DNA from: an uncultured Bacteroides sp. | Lineage (GTDB): Bacteria > Bacteroidota > Bacteroidia > Bacteroidales > GCA-2748055 | Assembly: GCA_964467775.1 (NCBI GenBank) | Contig: CAYXUD010000148.1 | Coordinates: 1,604 to 65,603 of the forward strand | Length of the DNA: 64,000 nucleotides | Reading direction: 5' to 3' | Part shown: in pieces, positions 8,899 through 19,495 of the stretch | How the letters are laid out: each line of letters opens with the position of its first letter | Position numbering within the stretch: the first letter of the stretch is position 1 | Position numbers and translations under genes: made by a program | Notes under the pieces: generated by a model | Database searches by the model: none | Told to the model about the DNA's origin: nothing | What the model saw: the letters and a program-made list of their open reading frames with translations, nothing else

Positions 8899-10680
8899 TC
8901 AGGACTGTTTTTGATAGATCGAATCTAGCAAACCAGAATACCTGGAGACCACAGCGCTGCGCTTCAGTTTCAGGCTGGCAGAAAGCTCCCCCGTTGCGGG
9001 GGACCATTCATGGGGTACGATGCGGATCCGGTTGATTCTTTCCCACTGCTGCAGTGTCTTGTTGATCCTGCGTACCTCTTCGTTGAAGACCGAAACCACC
9101 TCGGTAAGGCAGATGATCTGTTCATTGGTCATTCCTTTGCCAAGGCCACTGGCAGCGCACCACTCCTTCAGGTACTTGAAATCCGGCACAAGCAGTGCAC
9201 TGGCGAATTTCTGGTGCTCACCCACCACCATGGACTGGTCGATGAACAGGGATTCCTTGAGCCGGTTCTCTATGAGCTGCGGGGCAATGAATTTACCGCT
9301 GGAGAGTTTGAAGATCTCCTTCTTCCTGTCGGTGATCACAAGGAACTTCCCATCCACAAGGTGCCCCATATCACCGGTATGGAACCATCCGTCTTCATCA
9401 AAAGCGTTCCTGGTCTGTGCTTCATCCTTGTAATAACCCAGCATCACACAGTGCCCTTTGCAGAGAACCTCGCCGTCCCCGGCGATCCTGATTTCCACGC
9501 CATCGATCACCGATCCCACCGTTCCCAGTTTGCACCGGCCTTTTTCCTGCCGGTTAATGGTGATCGTGGGAGAGGTCTCCGTAAGTCCGTATATGTTGAT
9601 GATCTTGAGACCGCTGGCCCAGAAGATTCTCTCCAGCCTTGGCTGCAGGCTTGCTCCGCCACATCCGACCAGCCTGGCTTCTCCGCCCAGGGCTTCGCGC
9701 CACTTGCTGAAGATCAGCCGGTCGGCAAGCTTCAGCTTCCTGTAATAGAACCAGCTCTTTTCACCATGCGGTTGATACCTGAGACCCAGACTGACAGCCC
9801 AGAAGAAGATTCTCCTTTTCAACCCGGTGAGGCTTCGTCCCCTGGCTATCACATTGTCATAGATCTTCTCCAGGATCCTGGGAACCGCATCGAACCCGGT
9901 GGCTTTGATCTCCTTCAGGTTCGCGGCTATGGTCCCCATGTTCTCCGCATAGTAGATACAGGCGCCTGCATACTGCGTCTGGTAGTTACCCAACCTGCCT
10001 CCCACATGGCAGACCGGGATGATGCTCAGGTAACGGTCCTCCGGGGTGAGCTGGAAAACATCTGCTGCAGCCAGGAAATTCCGCACAAGGTTGTCATGGG
10101 AGAGCATGACACCCTTGGACCTGCCGGTGGTCCCTGAGGTATAGATAATGGATGCCACATCCCCGGGCAGGATCTCTCTCTTGGTCGCTTTCAGCCTGTT
10201 CCTGGCAGCTTCTCCCGCTCTCTTTCCCGTTTCAAGGACCTCTTGCCAGTGCGGGGCCCCTTCGATTTCATCGAATGTAAAGTAGTGCCTGATGGCCCCT
10301 ATCTTTTCCGAGAGCGGGTGGATGAGATCATGGAGCTTCCGGTCCGAGACAATGACCATCGAAGCATCGGAATGCCCGAGAATATAGCTGTACTCCTCGC
10401 CGTTCATGGATGTGTAGACAGGCACATGTACCATCCCTGCCAGCAGCATCCCCATGTCTGCAAAATTCCACTGAGGACGGTTGTTGGTGACCGTTACGAT
10501 CTTATCCCCCTTTTTGAGCCCGAGTTCGAGCAGGCCGAGGGCAAACTGGTGGGCGATTTCATGATACCTTTCGGAGCTGTAGAAAGTCCACTCGCCGTCC
10601 AGCTTTTCTGAAAGGACATTCCGGTCCGGGAACTGCGTCACCAGGCGTTCCAGCAGGTCAAAAATACGTGTCGGGGTCAT
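8899..10680 (-). CDS. Long-chain fatty acid--CoA ligase
   Basis: AMP-binding motif YTSGTTGRSKG, YGLTET, and WFHTGDMG..ITDRKKEIFKLSSGKFIAP. Confidence 0.93.
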   Translation of the reverse strand: MTPTRIFDLLERLVTQFPDRNVLSEKLDGEWTFYSSERYHEIAHQFALGLLELGLKKGDKIVTVTNNRPQWNFADMGMLLAGMVHVPVYTSMNGEEYSYILGHSDASMVIVSDRKLHDLIHPLSEKIGAIRHYFTFDEIEGAPHWQEVLETGKRAGEAARNRLKATKREILPGDVASIIYTSGTTGRSKGVMLSHDNLVRNFLAAADVFQLTPEDRYLSIIPVCHVGGRLGNYQTQYAGACIYYAENMGTIAANLKEIKATGFDAVPRILEKIYDNVIARGRSLTGLKRRIFFWAVSLGLRYQPHGEKSWFYYRKLKLADRLIFSKWREALGGEARLVGCGGASLQPRLERIFWASGLKIINIYGLTETSPTITINRQEKGRCKLGTVGSVIDGVEIRIAGDGEVLCKGHCVMLGYYKDEAQTRNAFDEDGWFHTGDMGHLVDGKFLVITDRKKEIFKLSSGKFIAPQLIENRLKESLFIDQSMVVGEHQKFASALLVPDFKYLKEWCAASGLGKGMTNEQIICLTEVVSVFNEEVRRINKTLQQWERINRIRIVPHEWSPATGELSASLKLKRSAVVSRYSGLLDSIYQKQS

Positions 10681-10730
10681 GATTCGCTGTTTAGGTGTTC
10701 CTGCAAGATAGGGATTCTGAAAGGAAATGA

Positions 10731-12134
10731 TCAGAAATAACTGGAATTGTCCCAGCAGTGGGTGCAAAGTTTCTCCTTCGGCAGGCCTATGGCCTCCACC
10801 AGATCGCCCAGGTCCTGGTACATGAGGGAATTGATTCCCAGGTTCCTGGCAATCTGTTCAACCATGGCCCGGTATTTGTCCGTTGCAGGATCAGCATATG
10901 CCTGAAGGTCCTTCTCCTCTCCTTCCAGCTGCTTGATGGCTTTACGGGATGCCAGTTCCATGGGGGACCTGGACTGGGAGAAGTTGAGGAAACTGCAGGG
11001 AAAAGTGAGCGGCGGGCAGGCAATGCGCATATGTACCTCCTTTGCCCCGGCCTTTCTGAGGTCAATGGTGTTGTCCTTCAGCTGGGTTCCCCTCACGATG
11101 GAATCATCACAGAAGACGATCCGCTTGCCCTCTATCACCTCCCGGATGGGGATCAGTTTCATCTTGGCGACCAAATCGCGCATATCCTGGCTCTGAGGCA
11201 TAAAACTCCTGGGCCAGGTCGGAGTGTATTTGGAGTAAGGCCGCTTATAGGGCAGGCCATTCGCATTCCCGTACCCGATGGCGTGGCCCACGCCGGAGTC
11301 GGGGATCCCGCTTACAAAGTCAGCCTCGACCGTATCCCTCCTGGCAAGCGCTGCACCACAACGGTACCTGACCTCTTCCACGTTGATTCCTTCATAATAA
11401 GAGGGAGGATAACCATAATAGACCCAGAGAAAGGCACAGATCTGCATCTTCTCCCTGGCCGGTTTCAGGATTTCGTACCCTTCCGCCGTGATCTCAACGA
11501 TCTCACCGGGACCCAGGAAATATTCAATCTGGTAACCGGTGTTGGGAAATGCACATGTTTCAGATGCCACCGCAAAGGAGCCCTCCTTGCGGCCGACGAT
11601 GATGGTGGTCCGGCCCAGTTTATCCCTCGCAGCGATCATGCTGTGGGGAGTCAGCAGCAACATGCTGCAGGAGCCTTTTACCTGCCCGAAGACATTTTCG
11701 ATGCCTGCTACGAAATCATCCTCCTCGCAGATCAGGTTGGCAACCACCTCTGTTGGATTGACATTTCCCTCAAAATTCTCGGTGAAGTGTTTTTTCTTCC
11801 TGAGGAATGACTGCTCCAGCTCATCAATGTTCATCATGCGGCTTACTGTGGAGACTGCAAACCTGCCCATATGGGAATTGAAAAGGATGGGCTGGGGATC
11901 AGTATCACTGATGATCCCCATACCGCTGTTCCCCCTGAATTGTCCCAGGTCAGACTCAAACTTGCTGCGGAAATACCCGTTCTCAAGGCTGTGGATGGAT
12001 CTTCTGAAACCTTCTTCCTGGTTGTAAAATACCATTCCTGCCCTCTTGGTGCCCAGGTGGGAGTGATAGTCGGTCCCGTAGAAGACATCATAGACGCAGT
12101 CCTGCTTGGAGATTGCTCCGAAAAAACCGCTCAT
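10731..12134 (-). CDS. purF: Amidophosphoribosyltransferase (variant with N-terminal Ser instead of Cys)
   Basis: Ntn-type N-terminal domain, PRPP-binding DDSIVRGTQ, GIPDSG, and Fe-S cysteines (ICAF, CSF, CTHC). Confidence 0.93.
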   Translation of the reverse strand: MSGFFGAISKQDCVYDVFYGTDYHSHLGTKRAGMVFYNQEEGFRRSIHSLENGYFRSKFESDLGQFRGNSGMGIISDTDPQPILFNSHMGRFAVSTVSRMMNIDELEQSFLRKKKHFTENFEGNVNPTEVVANLICEEDDFVAGIENVFGQVKGSCSMLLLTPHSMIAARDKLGRTTIIVGRKEGSFAVASETCAFPNTGYQIEYFLGPGEIVEITAEGYEILKPAREKMQICAFLWVYYGYPPSYYEGINVEEVRYRCGAALARRDTVEADFVSGIPDSGVGHAIGYGNANGLPYKRPYSKYTPTWPRSFMPQSQDMRDLVAKMKLIPIREVIEGKRIVFCDDSIVRGTQLKDNTIDLRKAGAKEVHMRIACPPLTFPCSFLNFSQSRSPMELASRKAIKQLEGEEKDLQAYADPATDKYRAMVEQIARNLGINSLMYQDLGDLVEAIGLPKEKLCTHCWDNSSYF

Positions 12135-12265
12135 GAAATGTTGTAGTTTTAGAAATTAGTCGTCCTAAAACTAAATATAAATGTCTTTGGAATGAATGCG
12201 AATAAGAAAAAGGAGATCACAGGAGAAAGTGTTGTTTTTCAGGATTCTTCCAACCTGCCCGGGAT

Positions 12266-12766
12266 TCATATTTCACCCTGAATATCTTCCGTGCCTTCAA
12301 AGCCGGCAGGATGATGGCCAGCAGGATCTGCAGGCAGGCCGGATCTCTTTTTTTTCCTGAACGAGGATGGGACCAGGTTGAATCCCCTGATCCCGAACCT
12401 GCGGGCCAGCAGTTCCAGTCCCAGCAGTGAGATAATACCTCCGGGGAGGATCACCAGGGTGGCGAATACGGAAAACCGGCCCACATCCTTCAACTGTTCG
12501 ATGGCTGCTTTCACCTCCTCTTCGGCAGGGGGGTCGGTGCGGCCGTTGAGGTCGAGTTTTGCTTCCAGCATCCTGAAAAAAGAGCGGGCCATCTTTTCAG
12601 TCTCCTCAGCCTCCTGCCCCATGGCCTGGATGCCCTCATTGATCAGAACGCTCGTTTTTGCCGCATACTTTTTGGCAAACCGGTGGCTTCTGGAATCTTT
12701 CAGGGGAAAGTTCCAGGCGGCCTGCTTCAGCTCCTTCAGCTTGTTGATGATGGATTGATTCTGCAT
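12266..12766 (-). CDS. Hypothetical membrane protein, LETM1-like domain
   Basis: EQLKD..hydrophobic segment with LPGG..LVPSSF. TATCTTTG promoter element at 12812-12819 (-) supports the ATG at 12766. Confidence 0.55.
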   Translation of the reverse strand: MQNQSIINKLKELKQAAWNFPLKDSRSHRFAKKYAAKTSVLINEGIQAMGQEAEETEKMARSFFRMLEAKLDLNGRTDPPAEEEVKAAIEQLKDVGRFSVFATLVILPGGIISLLGLELLARRFGIRGFNLVPSSFRKKKRSGLPADPAGHHPAGFEGTEDIQGEI

Positions 12767-12923
12767 GGTCAGGATCTTTTGCTGGCAGCGGAAAACCATT
12801 GTCCCTGCAAACAAAGATATGCGTTAAAGAGTTCTGTTGAATGATTTATTTAATTTTGTGGGCCTGATTCCGGGCTAGAACAAAGTGCCGGGAAAAACGT
12901 TTTACAGCTATCAGAACTTCATC

Positions 12924-14450
12924 ATGAAACATAAGAAAGCAATGCTGATGATCCTCGATGGATGGGGGATCGGAAAGGGTGACAGGGCCGATGTGATCAG
13001 CCAGGTCCCCACACCCAATATGGACCGGCTGGCAAAAGAGTATCCCTCATCGCGGCTGTTTGCCTGCGGGGAAAACGTGGGATTGCCCGACGGACAGATG
13101 GGAAATTCGGAAGTGGGTCATCTGAATATCGGGGCGGGACGGATTGTATACCAGGACCTGGTGAAGATCAATATTGCGATCAGGGATCATTCAATTGATG
13201 AGAACAAGGCCCTGGTGGAGGCATTTTCCTACGCCCGGGACAGCGGGAAACAGGTTCATTTCATAGGATTGCTTTCCGACGGCGGGGTCCATTCACTGGA
13301 TAAACATCTCTATAAACTGTGTGATATGACCGGGGATTACGGGATCAGGAAGGTCTTTGTTCACGGCTTCGGGGATGGACGCGACACGGATCCCCAGAGC
13401 GGAAAAGGTTTTATGAAAGACCTGGAAAGACATCTGGCCGGGTCGAACGTCAGAATAGCTTCTTTCATCGGCCGCTACTATGCCATGGACCGGGACAAGC
13501 GGTGGGAGCGGATCAGGGAAGCCTATGAGCTGCTGGTACATGGAAAGGGGAAAGCCACAAAGGATGTGGTGGCTGCCATCCGGGAGTCTTACAACGAAGG
13601 AGTGACCGATGAGTTTATGAAGCCCATCGTTGTGGTGGATGATGCAGGCCAGCCTGTGGGGACCCTCAGGGAAGGCGATGTGGTCGTTTTTTTTAATTTC
13701 AGGAACGACCGTGCCCGGGAACTGACCATCGTGCTCACTCAGCAGAACATGCATGAGTTCGGAATGCAGACCCTTCCGCTTCACTACTGTACCATGACTC
13801 CCTATGATGTTACCTTCAGGGGGCTTCATGTGATCTTTGATAAGGATAATGTGAACAATACCATGGGTGAGGTGTTGGCCAATGCCGGTCTCAGCCAGTT
13901 AAGGATTGCCGAAACGGAAAAATATGCCCATGTGACCTTCTTCTTTTCGGGCGGCAGGGAAGAGGTTTTCAAGGGAGAGAACCGGATCCTGATCCCCTCA
14001 CCAAAAGTGGCCACCTATGACCTTAAACCCGAAATGAGTGCGTATGAAGTGAAGGATGCCGTCATCAGGAATATCCGGTCAGCGCACCCCGATTTCATCT
14101 GCCTAAACTTTGCCAATGGTGATATGGTGGGGCATACAGGTGTATATGAATCCATCAAGAAAGCAATAATAACAGTGGATGAGTGCGTGGGTGAGGTGGT
14201 GGAGGCTGCCCGGGGTGATGGTTATGATGTTATGATCATTGCCGACCACGGGAATGCCGATCATGCGTTGAATGCAGACGGCTCTCCCAACACAGCGCAT
14301 TCGCTTAACCCCGTTCCATGTATCATGCTTTCATCTGATTACACGCGGGTCGAAGAGGGAATCCTGGCCGATGTGGCCCCGACGCTGCTGCATGTGATGG
14401 GTATTGACCGCCCGGAAGAGATGACCGGGAAGGTGATGGTTTCAGGCTAA
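12924..14450 (+). CDS. gpmI: 2,3-bisphosphoglycerate-independent phosphoglycerate mutase
   Basis: [37 protein letters not shown] and ADHGNA motifs. Confidence 0.97.
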   Translation: MKHKKAMLMILDGWGIGKGDRADVISQVPTPNMDRLAKEYPSSRLFACGENVGLPDGQMGNSEVGHLNIGAGRIVYQDLVKINIAIRDHSIDENKALVEAFSYARDSGKQVHFIGLLSDGGVHSLDKHLYKLCDMTGDYGIRKVFVHGFGDGRDTDPQSGKGFMKDLERHLAGSNVRIASFIGRYYAMDRDKRWERIREAYELLVHGKGKATKDVVAAIRESYNEGVTDEFMKPIVVVDDAGQPVGTLREGDVVVFFNFRNDRARELTIVLTQQNMHEFGMQTLPLHYCTMTPYDVTFRGLHVIFDKDNVNNTMGEVLANAGLSQLRIAETEKYAHVTFFFSGGREEVFKGENRILIPSPKVATYDLKPEMSAYEVKDAVIRNIRSAHPDFICLNFANGDMVGHTGVYESIKKAIITVDECVGEVVEAARGDGYDVMIIADHGNADHALNADGSPNTAHSLNPVPCIMLSSDYTRVEEGILADVAPTLLHVMGIDRPEEMTGKVMVSG

Positions 14451-15139
14451 ATCATTTCCCGGGTTTTCAGTGCACCCAGAATAATGTCGACGATCTCATC
14501 AGTCTCGAGGGTCATGCAGTTCAATTTGATATCAAATCGGGTATAATCGGTCCCCTTTCCCTGGAAATAATCCCTGAACTGTGCTCTTTTTTTATCAACG
14601 TTCAGGGCGTAGCTGCGGGCCTGTTCGATGGACAGATCATGCTTTTCCGCAACCCTCAGGGCCCTCCATTCCATAGGTGCTTCCAGGAAAATGTGCAGTG
14701 ATTTCGGAATGTCCCTCGTGATGGCCACCCCTCCCCTGCCCACGATCACCGCATTGCCCTCGTTGGCAAACTTGCGTATCACCTTGGCGATGGTGGTCCT
14801 GATCTTGAGGTCTGATTTATAATAGTCTTTTGACTGGGCGAGAAGCAGGTCTTCCAGCACTCCCCGGCTTTTATAGTCAAAAACATGCTGGATCTGGCTC
14901 GAATCCACCTGCAGTTCCCTGGCCGATTCCAGAAGGATCTCCTTGCTGATCCAGTGCCAGGGATGTTCCTTGGCTTTTGTTTTTTTCAGGGTGTTCAGTC
15001 GCTCTGTCAGGGAGAATGCAATCACCTTGGCCGGGCAACCCAGTTCCCTTGAAATGGTCACTACTGGTCCCGGGTAAATATGCTTGGCCGGGTCCTCTTT
15101 GTACCAGTTATCCAGGTATTTTGACAGATCGATTTTCAT
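14447..15139 (-). CDS. Cytidylate kinase-like family protein
   Basis: [10 protein letters not shown]-loop-like start, VIVGRGG, and DKKRAQF motif. Confidence 0.8.
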   Translation of the reverse strand: MKIDLSKYLDNWYKEDPAKHIYPGPVVTISRELGCPAKVIAFSLTERLNTLKKTKAKEHPWHWISKEILLESARELQVDSSQIQHVFDYKSRGVLEDLLLAQSKDYYKSDLKIRTTIAKVIRKFANEGNAVIVGRGGVAITRDIPKSLHIFLEAPMEWRALRVAEKHDLSIEQARSYALNVDKKRAQFRDYFQGKGTDYTRFDIKLNCMTLETDEIVDIILGALKTREMI

Positions 15140-15319
15140 ATGCGGGGGCGGAGGAAGGGTTGTCGGTCAATTTAACATATTTACCGGGTAAAGTCAAGTT
15201 TCCGGGCCATATGCTCTATAACAATTCCCGGCACGTGCGAGAATTTGTTACATTTATGACTGCTCAACTGGAAGATACAGCACACAGCTTTATTTTTTTT
15301 ACTTAAAAACCCTGTACCT

Positions 15320-16261
15320 ATGAACAGAATTACAGTAATCGGCGCCGGAAATGTGGGTGCCACCTGTGCCAATGTGATTGCACACAAAAACCTCGCCAAC
15401 GAGGTTGTACTCCTGGATATCAAAGAGGGCCTGGCTGAAGGAAAGGCGCTGGATATCTGGCAGACCTCATCCATAAACCATTTCGACACGCGGGTAATAG
15501 GAACTACCAATGATTACCTGAAAACCAAGGGATCAGGGATTATTGTGATCACCTCCGGCATACCCCGCAAGCCGGGGATGTCCCGTGATGACCTGATCAA
15601 AACCAATGCAGGCATTGTAAAGGAGGTTACCGAGAAAGCCATCAGACACTCCCCCGACGCGATCGTTATCGTGGTTTCCAATCCGCTGGATGTGATGACT
15701 TACACGGCCTACCTGGCGGCAGATAAGGATCCGAACAGAGTGTTCGGCATGGCGGGTATCCTGGATACCGGACGGTTTAAGGCCTTTATGGCAGATGCCC
15801 TGGAAATTTCACCGAATGATATCCAGGCCATGCTGCTGGGCGGACACGGGGATACCATGGTGCCCCTGCCAAGATATACAACAGTAAGCGGGATCCCGGT
15901 CACCGAGTTACTGGGTGAGGAGGTCATCGACAAGATCGTAGAAAGAACACGCAAAGGAGGTGGAGAACTGGTGAGCCTGATGGGTACCTCCGCATGGTAT
16001 GCCCCGGGGGCAGCCGTGGCACAGATGGTGGAAGCCATCGTGGACAACCAGCACCGGATCTTCCCGGTTTGTGCCTACCTGAACGGCGAATACGGCCAGA
16101 AGAAGATCTACCTGGGTGTTCCGGTGAAACTGGGGAAGAACGGCGTGGAAAAGATCATCGAGATCAGCCTGAACAGTGAAGAGAAGAAGATGCTGAATGC
16201 ATCGGCAGATAGCGTCCGGCAGGTCATGAAGGTGCTGGATGATCTGAAGCTGTTTGGCTGA
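15320..16261 (+). CDS. mdh: Malate dehydrogenase (LDH-like)
   Basis: GAGNVG, PRKPGMSRDDL, GILDTGR and GGHGD motifs. Confidence 0.96.
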   Translation: MNRITVIGAGNVGATCANVIAHKNLANEVVLLDIKEGLAEGKALDIWQTSSINHFDTRVIGTTNDYLKTKGSGIIVITSGIPRKPGMSRDDLIKTNAGIVKEVTEKAIRHSPDAIVIVVSNPLDVMTYTAYLAADKDPNRVFGMAGILDTGRFKAFMADALEISPNDIQAMLLGGHGDTMVPLPRYTTVSGIPVTELLGEEVIDKIVERTRKGGGELVSLMGTSAWYAPGAAVAQMVEAIVDNQHRIFPVCAYLNGEYGQKKIYLGVPVKLGKNGVEKIIEISLNSEEKKMLNASADSVRQVMKVLDDLKLFG

Positions 16262-16306
16262 TATGATGTAAAATACATATAATTAATTCTTTAGATCAGA
16301 ATAATT

Positions 16307-16342
16307 GGGTAACCGGCGTTCATGCCGGTACCCTATTTTTTT
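16307..16342 (+). terminator. Intrinsic terminator of mdh
   Basis: GGGTAACCGGC-GTTCAT-GCCGGTACCC stem followed by TATTTTTTT. Confidence 0.75.
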
Positions 16343-16375
16343 AGCTGCATCCTCCCAAGTGCAAAAAAATAGTGC

Positions 16376-16383
16376 TATATTTG
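16376..16383 (+). promoter_or_regulatory. Bacteroidota housekeeping-sigma -7 element upstream of secDF
   Basis: TATATTTG matches TAnnTTTG, 50 nt before the ATG. Confidence 0.6.
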
Positions 16384-16433
16384 CGGCCTACTCGAAAAAG
16401 ACAACCAAGTAACTATTAATAAAGAGGTTAAAA

Positions 16434-19400
16434 ATGCAGAATAAAGGTGCCATCAGGTTCTTTACGATTGTCCTGGCCATTGTCAGCATATACCAGCTCC
16501 TGTTCACATTCTTTGCCCAGAAGGTTGAAAGAGATGCGAGGGAGTATGCCAACGGCGATATACGGATAGAGCGCTCGTACCTCGATTCAATGAAGGGTGA
16601 GGTCGTGTACAATGTCCTGTTCAAGAAATACACATACCTCGATTGCAAGGAGAGGGAGATCAACCTGGGTCTTGACCTGAAGGGCGGGATGAACGTGATC
16701 CTTGAAATTGCCGTGGAGGATATCATCCGGTCCATCGCTGCACCTCAGTACCTGACTGATCCGGTGTTCATCGAGACCATGAGCCTGGCCCGTGAAAAGA
16801 AATCCAGAAGCCAGAGTGATTTCGTGGACCTGTTTGCAGAAGCCTTCGAGGAGTTGAATCCGGGAGCACAGCTTGCACAGTTCTTCATGAAGCCGGAGAC
16901 AAGGGGCCAGATCGATTTTAATACTACCAATGAGGAGGTGGTGGCGTTCCTGAAAGCTGAAGCTGAAAGTGCCATCGACAATTCGTACAATGTATTGAGG
17001 AACCGCATCGACCGGTTCGGAGTGGTTCAGCTGAACATCCAGAAACTGGAGAGACAGGGAAGGATCCTGGTGGAGCTGCCAGGTGTGAAGGAGCCTGAAA
17101 GGGTGACCAAACTGCTTACCGGGACTGCCAACCTGGAATTCTGGACCACCTACCAGGCATCCGAAGTCTGGACATACCTGGAGAAGGTCAATACCACCCT
17201 GGCTACGATCATAAGCGCCGACGAGGAAACGGAAAAACCCGGCCTGGAAACTGGCGCTGAAGCTGCAGAGGCTCCGGGGACAGGTGAGGCCGGATCCATT
17301 CTTGATATTCCAGAGGATGAGCTGCTGCTCGACACGGCGGGACTGGACCTTCTGACCGGCCTCGATTCCACCCAGCTGTTCGATGACCAGGAAGCCCAGT
17401 TTTACCGGGAGAATCCCCTGTTCGCCGTACTGACACCCTACCTGGACAACCAGCGCAACTTCATACCCGGGTCTACGATTGGTGTTGTGCTGCTGAAGGA
17501 TACTGCCAAAGTGGATGAATACCTTTCCATCCCTCAGATCAGGCAGCTTTTACCCTCGGATATGATCTTTGCATGGCATTTCCAGCCCGATGGGACCGAA
17601 CAGCAGTTTTTAAGGCTCCATGCGCTGAAAGCCACCCGGAACGATCAGCCAGCCCTTGATGGCAAATATGTGACCGATGCCAGGGTGGGGACAGACCCCT
17701 ATACCGGTGAGTTCAATGTGAGCATGAACATGAACTCCGAAGGTGCCAAAAGGTGGGCCAACCTGACCCGTGAAAATGTGGGTGAGGCCCTGGCCATTGT
17801 GCTGGACGGACTGGTCTATTCGGCACCCACGGTCAGTGAAGAGATCAAAGGAGGCAGTTCCTCCATCTCCGGGAACTTCAGCCAGAGTGAGGCGGACGAC
17901 CTGGCCAATATCCTGAAATCAGGGAAAATGCCTGCCCGTGCACGCATCGAATCAAGTGAAGTGATCGGCCCGTCCCTGGGTGCCAAATCTGTAAGGGATG
18001 GACTGAACTCCTTCCTGATCGCTTTTATTGTCGTACTGGCCTACATGATCTTCTACTACAGCCGAAGTGCTGGATTGGTTGCGGATATTGCCCTGATAGC
18101 CAACATGTTCTTTTTGATTGGTGTGCTTGCCTCGCTGCAGGCGGTACTGACCCTTCCGGGGATTGCCGGGATCGTGCTGACCATCGGTATGTCGGTGGAT
18201 GCCAATGTGCTTATCTATGAAAGGATCCGCGAAGAGCTGAGTGCCGGTAAAAACCTGAAGGCAGCCGTTAAAGATGGTTACAGGAATGCCTACTCGGCCA
18301 TTTTTGATGCCCAGATCACCACTTTCCTCACCGGGCTGATCCTCTTTTTCTTTGGTACCGGGCCTATCAAGGGTTTTGCCACCACCCTGGTGATCGGGAT
18401 TCTGACTTCACTGTTCAGCGCCATCATTCTTACCAGGCTCATATTTGAAAGAATGCTGACCAAAGGACGGGTTATAACTTTTGACACCAGGATCACCAGG
18501 AACGCGTTCAAAAATGCCAGGATCGATTTCCTGGGGAAAAGGAAGATCTTTTACGTAATATCAGGCCTGGTTATCCTGGCCGGAGTGGTCTCCCTGGCAA
18601 CCAAGGGCCTGAACCTGGGCGTGGACTTCACGGGGGGGCGCAACTACGTGATCTCGTTCAAGCAGAATGTGGAGACCCCCGAGGTGCAGAGCCACCTGGC
18701 AGCTGCTTTCGGTGAGGCACCCACGGTGATTACTTACGGTACGAAGAATATGGTCAGGGTGACAACGAAGTATCTGATCAATGATGACCGCCCCGAGGTG
18801 GATTCCATTATCAAGGCACAGATGTTTGAAGGCCTCCAGCCTTATCTGGACAGCGATGTGAGCCTGGATGAGTTCCTGAACGGACAGGACTACATCATCA
18901 GCGCCCACCAGGTGGGGCCCACCATTGCCGATGATATCAAGCGGATCGCAGTGATCGTGATCTTTGCCTCGCTTCTGATCATCTTCCTCTATATCCTCGT
19001 CCGGTTCCGGAACTGGCAGTTCGGTCTGGGGGCCCTGGTAGCCCTGCTGCATGATGTGTTGATCGTCATCGGGCTCTTCTCCCTGCTGCACGGGATCATG
19101 CCCTTCTCGCTGGAGCTTGACCAGTCCTTTATTGCGGCCATCCTCACGGTGGTGGGTTATTCCATCAACGATACAGTGGTGATTTTTGACCGGATCAGGG
19201 AGTATGTTGGGCTTCAGAAGAAACGTGACCGGAAGGAGGTCTTCAATGCCGCCCTGAACAGCACCCTGAGCCGTACATTCAGTACCTCCCTGAGTACTTT
19301 CTTTGTCATACTGTCCATCTTCATATTCGGGGGTGATGTGATCAGGGGCTTTACCTTTGCCCTGCTGATTGGTATTATTGTGGGTACCTACTCATCACTT

Positions 19401-19481
19401 TTCATTGCCACCCCTGTGGTGTATGATACCATCAAGAAAGGTGAAACACCCTCCCCGTTAAAGGGAGCACCGAGAACCTAA
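16434..19481 (+). CDS. secDF: Protein translocase subunit SecDF (fused)
   Basis: LGLDLKGG, RIDRFGV, IGPSLG, LTLPGIAG, DANVLIYERIREE, GVDFTGG and GYSINDTVVIFDRIRE motifs. Confidence 0.97.
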   Translation: MQNKGAIRFFTIVLAIVSIYQLLFTFFAQKVERDAREYANGDIRIERSYLDSMKGEVVYNVLFKKYTYLDCKEREINLGLDLKGGMNVILEIAVEDIIRSIAAPQYLTDPVFIETMSLAREKKSRSQSDFVDLFAEAFEELNPGAQLAQFFMKPETRGQIDFNTTNEEVVAFLKAEAESAIDNSYNVLRNRIDRFGVVQLNIQKLERQGRILVELPGVKEPERVTKLLTGTANLEFWTTYQASEVWTYLEKVNTTLATIISADEETEKPGLETGAEAAEAPGTGEAGSILDIPEDELLLDTAGLDLLTGLDSTQLFDDQEAQFYRENPLFAVLTPYLDNQRNFIPGSTIGVVLLKDTAKVDEYLSIPQIRQLLPSDMIFAWHFQPDGTEQQFLRLHALKATRNDQPALDGKYVTDARVGTDPYTGEFNVSMNMNSEGAKRWANLTRENVGEALAIVLDGLVYSAPTVSEEIKGGSSSISGNFSQSEADDLANILKSGKMPARARIESSEVIGPSLGAKSVRDGLNSFLIAFIVVLAYMIFYYSRSAGLVADIALIANMFFLIGVLASLQAVLTLPGIAGIVLTIGMSVDANVLIYERIREELSAGKNLKAAVKDGYRNAYSAIFDAQITTFLTGLILFFFGTGPIKGFATTLVIGILTSLFSAIILTRLIFERMLTKGRVITFDTRITRNAFKNARIDFLGKRKIFYVISGLVILAGVVSLATKGLNLGVDFTGGRNYVISFKQNVETPEVQSHLAAAFGEAPTVITYGTKNMVRVTTKYLINDDRPEVDSIIKAQMFEGLQPYLDSDVSLDEFLNGQDYIISAHQVGPTIADDIKRIAVIVIFASLLIIFLYILVRFRNWQFGLGALVALLHDVLIVIGLFSLLHGIMPFSLELDQSFIAAILTVVGYSINDTVVIFDRIREYVGLQKKRDRKEVFNAALNSTLSRTFSTSLSTFFVILSIFIFGGDVIRGFTFALLIGIIVGTYSSLFIATPVVYDTIKKGETPSPLKGAPRT

Positions 19482-19495
19482 ATTCTTCTGAAGAA

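Noticed and set aside
14447-14450. gpmI and the cytidylate-kinase-like gene share overlapping stop codons (CTAA)
   Set aside because: Common compact convergent arrangement; no further signal.
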